From Chiloscyllium plagiosum (lineage: Eukaryota), in assembly GCF_004010195.1 (NCBI RefSeq), contig NC_057755.1, forward strand, positions 5,025,643 to 5,089,642: a stretch of DNA of 64,000 bases, written 5' to 3'. The notes under the pieces are model-generated. The model made no database searches, was not told the DNA's origin, and was given only the letters and a program-made list of their open reading frames with translations. A program made the translations under genes and the position numbers. Positions 12,676-25,991 of the stretch are shown piece after piece. Numbering within the stretch: position 1 is the stretch's first letter; each line of letters opens with the position of its first letter.

Positions 12676-13204
12676 TTGGAATTTATGTTCAGATCCGGAA
12701 ACAGAATTTCTAACCTCAAATTGAGGGTTCCCGTCAGTTGTGCGTCTATTATGATGGACAGGGCATTAAACAACACCTCGTCCTGTTGTCCTAGAAATGA
12801 ATGGGGAATAGACACGAATGGAGAAAATCAGAGCCGCAATATTCGCACCAACGTTGCAGTTGAATTAGACATATGCATCACATTGAACATAGGAGATCAT
12901 TCAGCTCTTTGAGCTTCACACCTGACTTTGCTCCACATCGCTTAAAATCTATTTACAAAAATGTATTGATCTCAAGTTGAAATTTATCAATAGATCCAGC
13001 ATTCACTGTCGTTTCTGGAAGAAACCTCTCAAACCCTTCGTGTGCAAAAATCCTTCATAATAGTCTGGCCCTGATTCTCAAACGATATTCCCTCGTCCGA
13101 AAATCCCTAAACAATGGAACAAGTTTATCTTTCTCTGCTCTGTGTTATTTTCCTTTTAATGTCTGGGAGACATACACACTGAAGAATCTATCCCTAAATG
13201 GATC

Positions 13205-13540
13205 ATACAATCCCTACACTGGTGATAGAGGCCATTTGGCCCAACCAAGAGCACTCTGCCCAGATCTTTATCCCAAGCCATTCCTGTAACCCCATATTTA
13301 GTGCAGCCAATGTGCTTCGTCTATGCACCCCTATCACGACGGACTAATTTAGCAAATCCAATCTACCTAACTTTCACGTCTTTGGACTGTGGGAGAAATC
13401 TGGAGTGCCCTGACGAAACGTACTAACATGGGGAGAATGTGCAAACTCCACAGGAACAGTTGCCTAAAGGTAGAACCGGACCCCAGTCCCTGGTGCTGTG
13501 GGGAGCAGTGCTGACTACTGAGCCACTGCACTGCCTCACG
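13205..13540 (-). mobile_element. tRNA-derived SINE, decayed
   Basis: Core tttggactgtgggag...gggagaatgtgcaaactccaca shared with 48630-48951. Confidence 0.8.
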
Positions 13541-14329
13541 AGTAATGCACTGATTTTTGCACTTGCCCTCATTTTCTCCTGATATAATGTCAGTCACACC
13601 CAACAAATTCTTCTTGTCGTGTTAATTCCTCACGTTCACCTCTATGATTCTGCATATTCCTGTCCAGATCATTTCTTGCTTTCTTACTTACCCAGCTCAG
13701 ACTGACCTACCGCACTACCCTTTCCTTCCTACCTGTTTTTTTAGAAACTACTCATGCCCCACAATATTTCTGACATTCTTTCATATTCCGGTCACTGAAG
13801 ACCAAGAGAAAGACACACGCCCATACGGTTATCATGAACTGAGAATGGTAAAAAATGCATTTTCTCTTTGAGTCCTGTCTGCAGAATGAACACTTTCAAA
13901 AGAAAATACCGACCTCCCTCAACACTCCTGCCCTAAATCCTCCCCGACAGCCTGTCAGAATAAACACCATTTACTGTTTTTGCAGTTCTAAGGAAGGGTC
14001 ACTCGACTTAAAAAATTAATTCTGTTTCTCTGTCTGCAGGATTTGCCTGACCTGTTGAGTTTCTCCAAGGCGCTCTGTGTTTAATTCAGAAGAAAATTCA
14101 GTTTCAGAGAATGTCACACACAAAATACATGCACTAGAACCGATTCCTGGTGACTGATCATTTTCACAAGAAGAACCACTTTCAGTCTGAATGTGAAGCA
14201 CGCATGCAAAGAACTGAAGATTGTTGAAATCTGAAATGATAACAAGAGAGCGCTGGAGAAACTCAGCAGGTCTGGCAATGTCAGTGGACAGAGAGAAACA
14301 AAGTTAACGCTTTGACGTTTGTGTAAATA

Positions 14330-15090
14330 GAGTCACAATGATGTACAGCACAGAAACTATCCCTTTGGTCCAACTCTCTCATGCCGAGTAGATATCCTAA
14401 CCTAATTTCCTCTCATTTGCCAGCACTTGACCCACTTCCCTCTTAACCCTTCCTATTCATATACTCAATTAGATGCCTTTTAACTATTGCAACCATATCA
14501 GCCTGCACCACTTCCTCTGGCATCACATTCCATACATATACCACCCTCTACCTGAAAACAAGTTGCTCCTTACGTCCCTTTTATGTCTTTTCCCTCTAAC
14601 CCTAAAGCAATGTCCTCTAGTTATGGACTTCCTCACGCCAGGGAAAATACCTTATCTATTTATCCTAGCCATGCATCTCATGATTTAACAAATTTGTATA
14701 AGGTCACCCCTCAACCTCCGATGCTCCAGTAAAAATAGCTCCAGCCTATTCAGCCTTTCCCAATAGCTCAAACCCTCCAATGCCGACAACATCCTTGGAA
14801 ATCTTTTTTTGAACCCTTTCAAGTTTCACATTATCCTTCGGATAGAAACGAGATCAAAATTGCGCGCAATATCACAAAGTGCTCTAACCAACGCATTGAA
14901 CAGCCTCAAAATTACCTCCTAACTTCTATACTCAATGCTCTGACCAATAAAGGAAATCATACAAACGCCTTCTTCACTATCTCATTGACCTGTGATTCTA
15001 ATTTCGACGAACTATGAACCTGAACCCCAAAGTCTCTTTGATCAGCAGCACTCCCAGGACCTTTCCAATAAATGCAAAAGTCCTGCTCTG
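14330..15090 (-). mobile_element. CR1-type LINE 3' fragment abutting the 3' end of copy B
   Basis: Reverse complement of the family at 23170-24035. Confidence 0.85.
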
Positions 15091-15149
15091 ATTCTCGACA
15101 AAGTATGGAAGATTCTCATTGCACACAGAGCACGGTAAGAAATTGACCT

Positions 15150-16078
15150 TTAAGGAGGAAACAAAACTGTGCAGTGTTTATTGAATGCATTGACCATTGT
15201 CAAGAAGAGCGTCCAAGGGAATTCAAACAGTTTATGTAGCTCGGACCTAAATTTGGTCTGCGTCATAGCATAGATGCATGTGTTTGTACAAGAACTCGAA
15301 TAAGTGAGCAGATACCCAGTCTCAGTGGCAATGTATGAGGAGGAGTTATAATATATTTGGTCAAGCACAGCCAAGGTGTTGACCAAAGAAGTCACTACAG
15401 ATGTCAGATAAAGCAGTATAAAACTGCCCAACACCATAAAGAGAAGAAGAATCGAGTTTCTTCGGGTTTTCATCTCTGGATCGCTCTTGGTTTTAGCCTG
15501 CTGAGCCCAAAGCCTCCTGCGACGAATATTGCTTCCTACAATGTGTCTGGCAGTCAAAGCATTAAATAGTAATATCAAAAAGAAAGGAATCCATGTAACT
15601 AAAAGATTTTGCAACTTTTCATAGCTCGCACCTACGGTTGGTTTGAGAAAATACAAACTGGGATAGAACCCCCAGTGAATATTGTTAAGTGTGCATTGGT
15701 GTTCACATGCAAACCAAAATGGAATGTTCTCTAAGTCCACCAGCACCGAGACAATTATTATGACCGTGAATGCAGTTCTTACTGTGCTATACTTGGTTTT
15801 ATGCTTCGGACAGCATATAGCTATAAATCGGTCAAAGGTGAAGCAGGTTGTGTACCACACTGACAAATATACATTAGTGCAGCTCATGTACAATATCAGA
15901 TTTATGACCACAGTGTAAGAGAGGAATGAATATGGGAACCGTCTATTCAGAATTTGAAATAAAAAAACATTGAGCATGGCCAGCCGATCTGCTGTCACCA
16001 TCGTTAGCATGTAGATTGAAATGCATTTAGAAAGGCTGCAATTTCCTCTCAAGAGAATCACAGTTGCCAGGAAGTTTG
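15150..16078 (-). CDS. GPR139/142-like GPCR copy B, exon 2 (open frame; splice acceptor reads AT)
   Basis: The 303-aa ORF 15150-16061 extends upstream as (A)NFLATVILLRGNC. It has hydrophobic TM segments, FTFDRFIAICC (DRY-like), NALTARHI, DPEMKTRR and CTNTCIYAMTQTKFR (TM7/helix 8). A polypyrimidine tract and CTAAC branch point are present, but the acceptor is AT at 16080-16079. Confidence 0.9.
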
Positions 16079-16589
16079 ATAGAGGAAAAGAAGAAAAATA
16101 GGTAAGTTAGAGAATACAGAACAATAGAATAGATGATGGACTATAGCAGCATTATCACCAAGTTAGTAACGCAGAAATCCAAATAATATTTTGGGGATTT
16201 TGGTTCAAACCAGAATTAGACATTTGAATCTCAATTCATAAAGTTTGAATTCAATAAACATCCAGAGCTAAGAATCTAATAATGAAAATGGAATGATTGC
16301 CAATTGTCAGAGGAAATCCAATTTGGTTCATTAATGCCCTTTAAGAAAGAAACTGCTGCCCTTACCTGTGACTCAGAATCACAACAATGTGATTGACTCG
16401 CAACATGCTCTCTGGGCAGTGAGGAATGGGCAATAAATGCTTGTCAGTCTTGTGACACACACATCCCATGTGGAATAAAATATTAGATCTTATGATGGTT
16501 CACCTGCCAATGTACAGATGTTGTGCTGCGTGTTATGAATTGTGTATTTTCCTCTTGTCATAATCAAAATGATTAACAATCTTTGTGGA

Positions 16590-17290
16590 TGTAATTTCAT
16601 TGGCAGACTGCAAGGACTCTTCCCACATTTTACAGATGCACCCCATAGAAAAGAATCTATCTGGATGCATCACAGTGCGGTATAGCAACTGTTCTTCCCA
16701 AAACCACAAGAAACTACTGGGAGACCTGATGACAACCCAGCCCATCATGCATACCTGCTTTCCACCCGATGACTCTAAATTTACTTCCCACTGCCTCAGC
16801 AAAACAAGTAACATAATCAAAGACCCCTCCAATTGCACTTCTACAATCTTTCAACGCATTCTGTCGGGAAGAGGTCATAAATATCTGTAATAAGTGCAAA
16901 TAGATACTGGACCATTTTCTTCCTGGCTGTTATCAGACTTCTAAATAGATTTCATAAATGGTACGTTTTTCACAGAATCTAGAATCCCTACAGTAGGGGA
17001 TAAGGCCATTAGGCACAACAAGTCCAGGCTTGCGATATGAAGAACACCACACCGAGAATCACCGTGCTGTCCTATCCCTCTAACCTTGCATTTCCCATTA
17101 CCAGACCATCTAACCTGAACACTTTCGGTCTTGCTCTCTGTGAACCTTCTCTGCAGCTGTATTATTTGCTCTTTTCAATTACCCTTTGCAATGTGTACAG
17201 TATGATCTGCCTGCACTACATGCAAAACAAAGTTTTTCACTGTACAGATGACATTAATGAATCAAATTAAATTAAAACAAATCAAATCAA
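16590..17290 (+). mobile_element. Rex1/Babar-like LINE 3' fragment with a nested SINE piece (~16975-17130), in the intron of copy B
   Basis: IEKNLSGCITVRYSNCS and NIIKDPSN resemble the Rex1 C-terminal motif (IESILSGCITxWYG; IIKDPxHP). It ends in a (TCAAA)n tail. Confidence 0.65.
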
Positions 17291-18244
17291 ATCTATGGTT
17301 TAATAAGGAAGATCAAAACTAGCTTGTCAAGGTCAATGCGTGACGAATGACAAAGATTGGCTTACTCTCCAGGAAAGCAAGCGGAAAAGATGTAAAGAGA
17401 TAATGGAATCTATTCTGAAAAAGGTAATCTTGGCAGGAGCATTCATTTTTCCGCAATACATCAATAAACAGGTTCAACAGCGGAATGCACATCTCACTGT
17501 TGTGTATGAACGTACGAAACTGGAACAGGAGTAGTGTATTAGACTCTTCGAGCCTGCTTTGCCTTTCAACATGATCGTGCTGTTCTGCCTGCATTTTGAA
17601 CTCCACATTCCCATAGACCCCAGATTGCCCTGGATTGACCAGCTGAACAGGAATCTATCAACTCTGGTTTGGAAAATATTCAAGGATTCTGCCTCCATCA
17701 TCTCCTGGTGCAGTGAAATCTAAATTTGTATGACATCCCAGTCAGCGAGAGAGAGAGAAAAAGAACTGTCATTCGTTTTCTCACATGGTGAGCCCCAACT
17801 TTAAAGCATTGAAATCAGACATTCGGGTTCATACCTTTACACAATCGTTCCCAAAATCTGCAGTTGATCCTTGATCAGTTGTACAATATTAATCGAAAAT
17901 CAACAATTGGTTTGTTAAACTAAATTATTGAGTGATACCGGCCAAAGGTGAATCGACAGAGTCAGGTCACAGGTCAACCGTTATGTCATTGATTGGCAGA
18001 ACAGGATCGAGGGGCTGAATGGCCTATTTCTGTTCCCATGGACGGTGTTAGATGACAATCCACATTCTGTTCAAATGTAATTATAAGGAAGTGAGATACG
18101 TTAATTAAATAGAATGGAGAGCTGCAGATGCTGGAGATCTGAATCAAACAAACAAACGAAAGTAGCTGGAGAAACTCAGCCTGTATGGCAGCACCTGTGG
18201 AGAAAGAAACACAGTTTACGTTCCAATTCTTTTTCAGAAAATAC

Positions 18245-18314
18245 CTGGAACACCAAAGGGTGCCAACACAGGATAGAAGATATCCTTTATCTGTATAATT
18301 ATCGGCCGCACCAT
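18245..18314 (-). CDS. GPCR copy B, exon 1
   Basis: ATG at 18314 gives MVRPIIIQIKDIFYPVLAPFGVP+G, then a GT donor. The 70-nt phase-1 exon joins exon 2 in frame (GVP-A-N). Confidence 0.85.
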
Positions 18315-18387
18315 TGTTTAGAAGAATTCACATTTATGCCTTGTATCCTTTCGCTGAGAATGGATGCACGATTCACAAAGGCTTCCC

Positions 18388-18394
18388 TTTTATA
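18388..18394 (-). promoter_or_regulatory. Candidate TATA box of copy B
   Basis: TATAAAA 74 nt upstream of the ATG, at the same spacing as in copy D. Confidence 0.45.
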
Positions 18395-18718
18395 ACACAG
18401 TTGGTGACCAAGCATGAAATGAGTTTGTGTAATGTGACTCCTTAATTAGTCCATCAAAAGACAGTTCAGTTCAGGCAGACTGGTTGTCCATGAAAGCTTT
18501 GCAATCAAAATTAATCACAAGGAAAAACATTGGTGAATAATCATTGAATTAAAATGTAAGAAGCAGCCACAAAGCTCATAAAACCAGTAGATTAATATTA
18601 CAATCTATATACTTGGTGAATTGGAAACAGCTATAACTGTGTCCTCAGTTTCACCCTTCTTGACGTCTGAGGTAGAAGAAATTTTTGAGGAATAGCCAGC
18701 GGTGGGGTATTGAAGAAG

Positions 18719-18723
<5 letters not shown>

Positions 18724-18810
<87 letters not shown>
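18724..18810. repeat. Compound (TG)n(AG)n microsatellite upstream of copy B
   Basis: Direct reading of the sequence. Confidence 0.95.
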
Positions 18811-18814
<4 letters not shown>

Positions 18815-19039
18815 GTTATCATAATTAAATAAGAAAAAAATTATCTGTAATCTGTCAGCCATAATGCTACCCACTCTAGCACGACGAACTTAATCCAGTG
18901 ATGGCAAATTATTACAACAGACATCACTCTTATATTCACTCTCCGTCCAGATACATCACTGACCTCACTCTCACTGACACTGTCCGTCCAGTCATATGAC
19001 TAAACGTGCAATGAAATCTATCAGGAAATAAAAACATTG

Positions 19040-20010
19040 CTTTCTGTTCTTTAATATATTTGCATATAAATGGAGATGATTAGTGAAGGATAGAGTGGTC
19101 AACAAGGAACACGTAGGGCGAGCTGCTTACTATCAAAGGTTATGGTGGAGATACTAAATTAATATTTTGCTTCTGTCTTGACTAAATTAGAAAATGGTGA
19201 CATTGGTCCAGTTGAAACTATGAATGTTGAACAACTCGACAGTACAGGGATGGATAAAACAGAGATTCCAAAAAGGCTGGCAGCGCTCCAAATGTCAGCA
19301 GGACTGAATGGTATAGTCCCTAGATTGCTTCAAGAGAGAAGGGAGCAGATCATAGAGCCATTGACGGAAATTGTACAGAACTCTCCGAACATGACAAATT
19401 TCTGTGGGACTATAGGATTTGACTGTGACTCTTTTGGTTCTCAATGGGGCAAAGGAAAAGTTAATACCTGGCAATCAGCGTGACATTGTGAAGGACTACT
19501 CAGGTCTGAAGCATTTAATTACTTCTTTTCACGAGGTGACAAACGCAGTGGATGTGGGTGGTGCTGTGGCTGTTGTATATTGGAAATTCCACAAAATATT
19601 AGGCACAGAACCACATGGCATATTGGTGAGCAATTCAGAAATTTTTGGGACTAATGGGTCCTTGGCACCATGAATTAAAAGTTAGCTGAAAAATAGGAAA
19701 CAGAGGGTAGGTGTAGATGGGCACACAGACTGGAGACGAGTTGAAAATTGTGTTCACTAGAAATCCGTGTTACGAAACTTGCTTTACTTTTTTGTTATAA
19801 ATGATTTGATGATATTTGTTGGCAGCAACTCTCTGAATGTGCAGCCAATATAAAGCAAGAAAATGCACTGCCTGCGAGTTTAGTACAAGTGGATTGCATA
19901 GGAAGTTATAAAAGAGAGGTGAATATTTATTTGTCAGCGATGAACTTACAGGGGGCTGGAAATGAAGCTGGAGAGTGGGACTAGCGGGGAGTTCTTTCGG
20001 GATCAGATAA
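19040..20010 (+). mobile_element. Old CR1-type LINE fragment
   Basis: GLNGIVPRLLQERREQIIEPLTEI and VDVGGAVAVVYWKFHK resemble the CR1 ORF2 tether/RT. Confidence 0.75.
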
Positions 20011-20344
20011 CTTCCCATGTTTTCATTATGCTCGCAAAGGCAGTTTCCTTATAAATGTAATCATTTTATGCTCGCCTTTCCATTTTAGCTGAGTGAATTC
20101 TCGAATATCTAAACCACTAGTAAATCGGGCAGACAGACTTTCCATTTCATAAAGGTTCACTGACTCTGCTTGATTACATCCAGGGTTTTCAATTTTTACG
20201 CTATTACTTGCTTAATATTACTTTTCCAACAACAACTGTCAAGCGAATCGGCCGATAGTTATCCAGTCTTTTTTTCCCTCACTTCTTGAATGGCGGTGTC
20301 TCATTAGTAGTTTTCCAATTCTCCAGTACTTGTCCAGAATTCAA

Positions 20345-20735
20345 GGTTTGAGGCTGAGGGGTGACCTTCTCGAGGCTTATTCAAAAATTACGGGCATAGA
20401 TAGGGTAAATAGAGAAGGTCTTTTCCCATGGGTGGTGGAGTCCAGAAATAGATGGTATATGTTTAAGGTGAGAGGGGAAAGATTTGAAAGCGATCTAAGG
20501 GGCAACATTTTCACTCAAAGGGTGGTGCATGTATGGATTGGGCTGCCAGAGGAAGTGGTGGAATCTGGGACGATTACATCATTCAACAGGCATTTGGATG
20601 GGCATATGAATAGGAAGGTTTGAGAGGGACATGGGCCAAATGTAGGCAAATAGGACTAGATGAATTTAGAACATTCGGTCATCATGGACGAATTAGACTG
20701 AAGGGTCTATTTCTGGGTTATATATCTCTATGACT
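20345..20735 (+). mobile_element. CR1-type LINE 3' end
   Basis: RLRGDLLEAYSKITGIDRV...FTQRVVHVWIGLPEEVV. Confidence 0.85.
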
Positions 20736-21464
20736 GACTATTTTTTGGGAAAATTACATTCAATGCATCTATTATCCTTGTGGCTACTTCATTTGTGATC
20801 TTAAGATGCAAACCATCAGGGCCAGGGGATGTATATGCCTTTAGATTAATTAGTTTGTCAGGCATAATGTTTCCTGTGATGGTAATGGGATTTAGTACCT
20901 CGCACCTGTATTCTTTAGTATTAATGGAATGCCACTTGTCTTCCACCATTGTTCTTTGTTCTTTTGTTCTTTGTATAAAGACTGCTGCGAAATATCTCTT
21001 TAGCTACCATTTCCCATCACTGTCTCTGCTGTTTGCTAAGCGAGATTGCTGAAAGAGAGAGGACCTACTGTTTTAACCCGATTCCTGAAAAAGTGCTTTT
21101 GCTCAAAACGTCGATTCGAATGCTTCTCAGATACTGCCTGGCCTGCAGTGCTTTTCCAGCACCAAACTCTCCACTTTTGCTTGTATCTGTCTGCCAGTCC
21201 ACGTAACTGAGCTCGGTCGAATAGCTATAGCCCTCCCTGCTCTGACACAGTACGATTCTTTTCTCTTGTAGCTCCTTCTGAGGTATTTTGGTACCTGGAC
21301 AGGTTCCTCTGACTTTGCCTCAGGTACAAGTGTCATGTGACGCACAGTAGAAGTTGTTTTGCACTTGGAACAATTCAGAATAAAGAATTCTCATCTTCAA
21401 TCCTTCCTAACATAATTGGGAATATGTACTCATTATTTTAGCTAAACTGTTGGACGTATACGCT

Positions 21465-22506
21465 AATGGGTATTCTTCTCCATTGGGTTACCTTTGAGAT
21501 AATACACTTAACGCCAGAGGTCTGGTTGGGGTAGAACTTGTAAGAAGCGTCCAGGAGAGTTTTCTAGAGCAGTATGTAAATAGTCCGACGAGGGAAGGGG
21601 CCATATTGGACCTGGTACTGGGGAACGAGCCAGGACAGTTCGTAGAAGTTGCAGTGGGGGATTTTTTTGGGAACACTGATGACAATTCTGTAAGTTTTAG
21701 AATACATTTTGATAAAGACGAGAGTGTTCCTAAGGGAAGAGTACTAAACTGGGACATGGCCAATTATATCAGAATTAGGTAGGAGATCGGAAATGTGAAT
21801 TAGACACAGCTATTTGACGGGAAGTCCATATTTGACGTGGGAGGCTTTCAAAGTTAGGTTAAAAATAGTGCAGGATAGGCATCTCCTGTGAAGGCAAAGG
21901 ATAGGAAGGACAGGATTCGTGAACCGTGGATGGCAGGAGAAATTGTATGACTAGCCAAGAGAAAGAGGGAAGCTTACATAAGGTCTAGGCAGCTAAGAAC
22001 GGAACGGGCCCTGGAAGAATATCGGAAGAGTAGGACAAGTCTTAAACGAGGAATCAAGTGGGATAAAGGAGGTCATGAAATAACCTTAGCGACTAGAATT
22101 AAGGAGAATCCCAAAGCATTATATTCTTATCCAATAAGCAAGTGGGGAACTAGAGAAAGGAATTGTCCACTAAAGGATAACAAAGGAAGATTGTGTCAAA
22201 CCTGAGAGAATGGGTGAGGTTCTGAATGATTACTTTGCATCAGTGTTCACTGTGGAGAGGAACATGATGAATGTTGAGATTAGAGATAGAAGTTTGATTA
22301 GTCTGGATAACGTTGACATAAGTATGGAAGATGTGTTGGGTAGGCGAGAGGTTATTAAGGTGGACAAATCCCCAGGACCGGATGGGATCAATCCCAGGTT
22401 GCTGAGTGAGGCGAGAGAGGAAATATGTGGGGGCATGACCGATATCTTTGTGACATCCTTAAATACAGGTGACGTGCCGGAGGACTGGAGGGTTTTTCAT
22501 GTTGTC
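21465..22506 (+). mobile_element. CR1-type LINE ORF2 (endonuclease end and tether), cut by the gap
   Basis: PTREGAILDLVLGNEPG; MGEVLNDYFASVFT...DKSPGPDGINPRLL...VPEDWR. Confidence 0.9.
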
Positions 22507-23006
22507 NNNNNNNNNNNNNNNNNNNNNNNNNNNNNNNNNNNNNNNNNNNNNNNNNNNNNNNNNNNNNNNNNNNNNNNNNNNNNNNNNNNNNNNNNNNNNN
22601 NNNNNNNNNNNNNNNNNNNNNNNNNNNNNNNNNNNNNNNNNNNNNNNNNNNNNNNNNNNNNNNNNNNNNNNNNNNNNNNNNNNNNNNNNNNNNNNNNNNN
22701 NNNNNNNNNNNNNNNNNNNNNNNNNNNNNNNNNNNNNNNNNNNNNNNNNNNNNNNNNNNNNNNNNNNNNNNNNNNNNNNNNNNNNNNNNNNNNNNNNNNN
22801 NNNNNNNNNNNNNNNNNNNNNNNNNNNNNNNNNNNNNNNNNNNNNNNNNNNNNNNNNNNNNNNNNNNNNNNNNNNNNNNNNNNNNNNNNNNNNNNNNNNN
22901 NNNNNNNNNNNNNNNNNNNNNNNNNNNNNNNNNNNNNNNNNNNNNNNNNNNNNNNNNNNNNNNNNNNNNNNNNNNNNNNNNNNNNNNNNNNNNNNNNNNN
23001 NNNNNN
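22507..23006. other. Assembly gap (500 N)
   Basis: Run of N. Confidence 1.
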
Positions 23007-23169
23007 AGTCATAGGATCATCGAAAAGTACAGCACAGAAACAGACATTATTGTCCAACTCGTCCCTGCCGTCCAGATATCCTAAATTAATCTAGTTTCAT
23101 TGGCCAGCATTTGGTCTATATCATTCTAGACACGTCCACTTCATATACTCATCCACGCGTCGTTTGATG

Positions 23170-24035
23170 TGTAGTGGACACTGAAGAAGGTTATCTCGGA
23201 TTAAAATGGGATCTTGAGCAGATGAGAAAATGAGGACTGGAAGATGGAGTTTAATTTAGATAATTGCGATGTACTGCCTTTTGGGAAAGCAAATCTCTAC
23301 AGGACTTATACACTTAATGGTAACGTCATAGGGAGTGTTGCTGAACAAAGAGACCTTGGAGTGCAGGTTCATAGCTCCATGAAAGTGGAGTCGCAGTTAG
23401 ACAGGATCGTGAAAAAGGCTTTTGGCGTGCTTTCCTTTATCGGTCAGAGTATTGAGTACAGGAGTTGGGAGGTCATGTTTCGGCTGTACAGGACATTGGT
23501 TAGGCCACTGTTGGAATATTGCGTACAATCCTGTTCTCCTTCCAATCGGAAATATGTTGTCAAACCTGAAAGGGTTCAGATCAGATTTACAAGCATGTTG
23601 CCAGGTTTGGAGAATTTGAACTATAGGAAGAGGTTGAATAGGCTGTGGCTACTTTCCCTGGACCGTGGGAGGCTGAGGTGTGAACTTATAGAGATTTATA
23701 AAATCACGAGGGGCATGGATAGGGTAAATGGACAAGATTTATCCCGTGGTGTGTGTCAGGCACAGGTTTAGAGTGAGAGGGGAAAGATGTAAAAGGGATC
23801 GAAAGGGCAATTTGTTCACACAGAGTGTGGTGTCTGTGTGGAATGAGCTGCCAGTGCATGTGGCGGAGGCTGGTGCAATTGCAAAATTTGAAAGGTGTAT
23901 GGATTGGTATGTGAATAGGAAGGAAATGGAGGGATGTGGGCTGGGTGCTGTCAGGTGAGACAATATTTAAATGAGATACTTGGTCAGCATGGACGAGTTG
24001 GACCGAAGGGTCTGTTTCCATGCTGTACATCTCTA
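23170..24035 (+). mobile_element. CR1-type LINE 3' part
   Basis: MEFNLDNCDVLPFG...EQRDLGVQVH...LYRTLVRPLLEYCVQ. Confidence 0.9.
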
Positions 24036-25131
24036 AGATTCTCTGACTAAATTTTGTAATTTTACCAGACTCCAGCATTTCCACTGGCAGTTCATTCCAT
24101 ACACGCACCACCCTCTGCATGAAAACGTTGCCACTTTTGTCCCTTGTAAATCTTTTGCCCTCACTTTAAAACTATGCCCTCTAGCGTTAGACTCCACTTT
24201 TGTACGAGACCTTGACTCTTCACTCTGTCCATGTACCTCATAATTTTATATATCTTCATAAGATCATGCCTCAACCTCCAAGTCTGGTCTCACCGACTCC
24301 AACTCTGAATCATTTATCAACCAGAATTTGTGAGAGTGTGTCAGAGAAAATTGTAAGCTGAAGAAAGTGCAATAAAATTTATCATGTCTCCTTTCAAGCA
24401 GTTCACTCGGTAGGGCAGGATATAATTGCAGTGGAAACATTCCATTTAATGTGCATAATGTCAGGACGACTGCTCAAAGACAATTTTTTCCGCCTTGCAG
24501 TGGGAGCACAAGCATTTCTCCACATGAGCATGTTCCACACTGAAGGACCTCAGTAGAGTTGCAAGCCTCTCCAAATCAGCCTTGCGTGTGTGTGTGTGTA
24601 TGTGTGTGTGTGTGTTTATCTGTGTCCTTGTGTGTTTCCGTCTGTCTGTTGTTGTTGATGCTTCTGTCAGTTTGAATTGTGCTGTGAGCTTCCACCCTCC
24701 CTGTCTCCCGCTGTCCCTCTCTGTTTGAATCACTGACGGTGATCAAACCTCACCACTCTCTGTGCAGTGGAGTAGGCAGGCCAGCAGAGGGTGCCATTGT
24801 ATCACTTTCACACAAGGGAGCGACTTTCTGTCTGATCTTCATGACAGGAAATCTGTTCAAACTGCATTGTCGTAGCAGCCCATTTGAATTGGGAAGCTGC
24901 ATGCTGAAAATTAGGGAATCCAACAATTTGTTATCTTTCACAAGTTTTATTGATTCATAATGCATGTCATTCATGTTAGCAGTTCCTCAATGCTGAACTT
25001 CGATCTGAACATTGGCTATTTTGTTGCATAAATAAATGTTTGTTGGGTATGTTGTGGTGAAGTCACGTAATCACTTGCCACAATTTCTCATGTCGAAACA
25101 GTTCGTGGTTGTCTGTTGTGACCCTAGTATT

Positions 25132-25440
25132 AGGGCGGAACGCTAGCTCACAGTACTCGTGACCCTGGTTTGATTCCAGCCTCGGGCAACTATCTGTGTG
25201 GCGTTTGTGCATTTTTACCCCATGTCTGCGTGGTGCTCTGGTTTCCTCCCACAGTCCAACGGTTAGGTTGGATTGGTCAAGCTTACTTGCCCATATTGTT
25301 CAGGGATGCGTACATTAGGCTCGTTAGACTAAATGTTGAGAAGTAGGATGGGAGAAGGGGTCTGGGTGAGATTCCCTTCGGAGGGTCAGTGTGGGCCTGT
25401 TGTGCCCAAGGTCTTGTTTCCACACTGTAGGGATTATTGA
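25132..25440 (+). mobile_element. tRNA-derived SINE, decayed
   Basis: Homologous to 51179-51500. Confidence 0.75.
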
Positions 25441-25952
25441 TCTGTTGAATTGTTACTGAGCTGAGGAGAAAGACCAGGTATTTAATTGTCAAATATTTCC
25501 TGATGCACGATTCCATTTAATTTAAGCATATCCATCTCAAATATTTGATTTTTTGGAGACTAACAGAGGATTCCAAGTAGGTAGGAATTACTCAGTAGGA
25601 AATTCCATTTTCATAGACAATTCCCTTGTATTGTGCTACAATGGGGAATCTGCAGTTTCCCAGCTCAACTATTTCCCTACAGTAGAATAAGGAATCCCTA
25701 TTTGGGGCGTGAAGAAACTACCCAATTGGTTGGGTGAGTCAAGTTCGCGAAACTCGACGCCAGCTAGGGACAAAGTAGCGCCTGCTTTATCTGCAACACA
25801 AAATTAAGCATCCATTCCATCCATCAGCAGTCGCATCAGTGTGCACCATCTACAAGATGCACTGCAGCATCTCACCAAAGATCCTGAGACAGCACCTTCC
25901 AAACCACCGACCACTTCCATCTAGAAAGTCAATGGCAGCAGGGAAACGGGTT

Positions 25953-25991
25953 TGCAGTTTTCTCAGTGTAATATTTTGTTCTCAGCTTCTG
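25953..25991 (-). pseudogene. 39-nt GPCR ICL2 fragment
   Basis: Reads QKLRTKYYTEKTA versus QKLKMKYCTEKTA in copy C, and the nucleotides closely match 30541-30578. Confidence 0.6.

Noticed and set aside
16079..18244. U12-type GT-AT intron as the explanation for the copy B acceptor
   Set aside because: The donor GTATTTTC does not match GTATCCTT, the branch-like site is about 28 nt away, and the paralogous introns are ordinary GT-AG.
21080..21180. Further hammerhead candidates (21085, 13987, 38751, 40396, 52640)
   Set aside because: The CUGANGA or GAAA core is mutated. These are inactive relics of the same repeats.
22210..23094. 294-aa and other ORFs spanning the N run
   Set aside because: Artefacts of the 500-N gap. 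Only the CR1 part is real.
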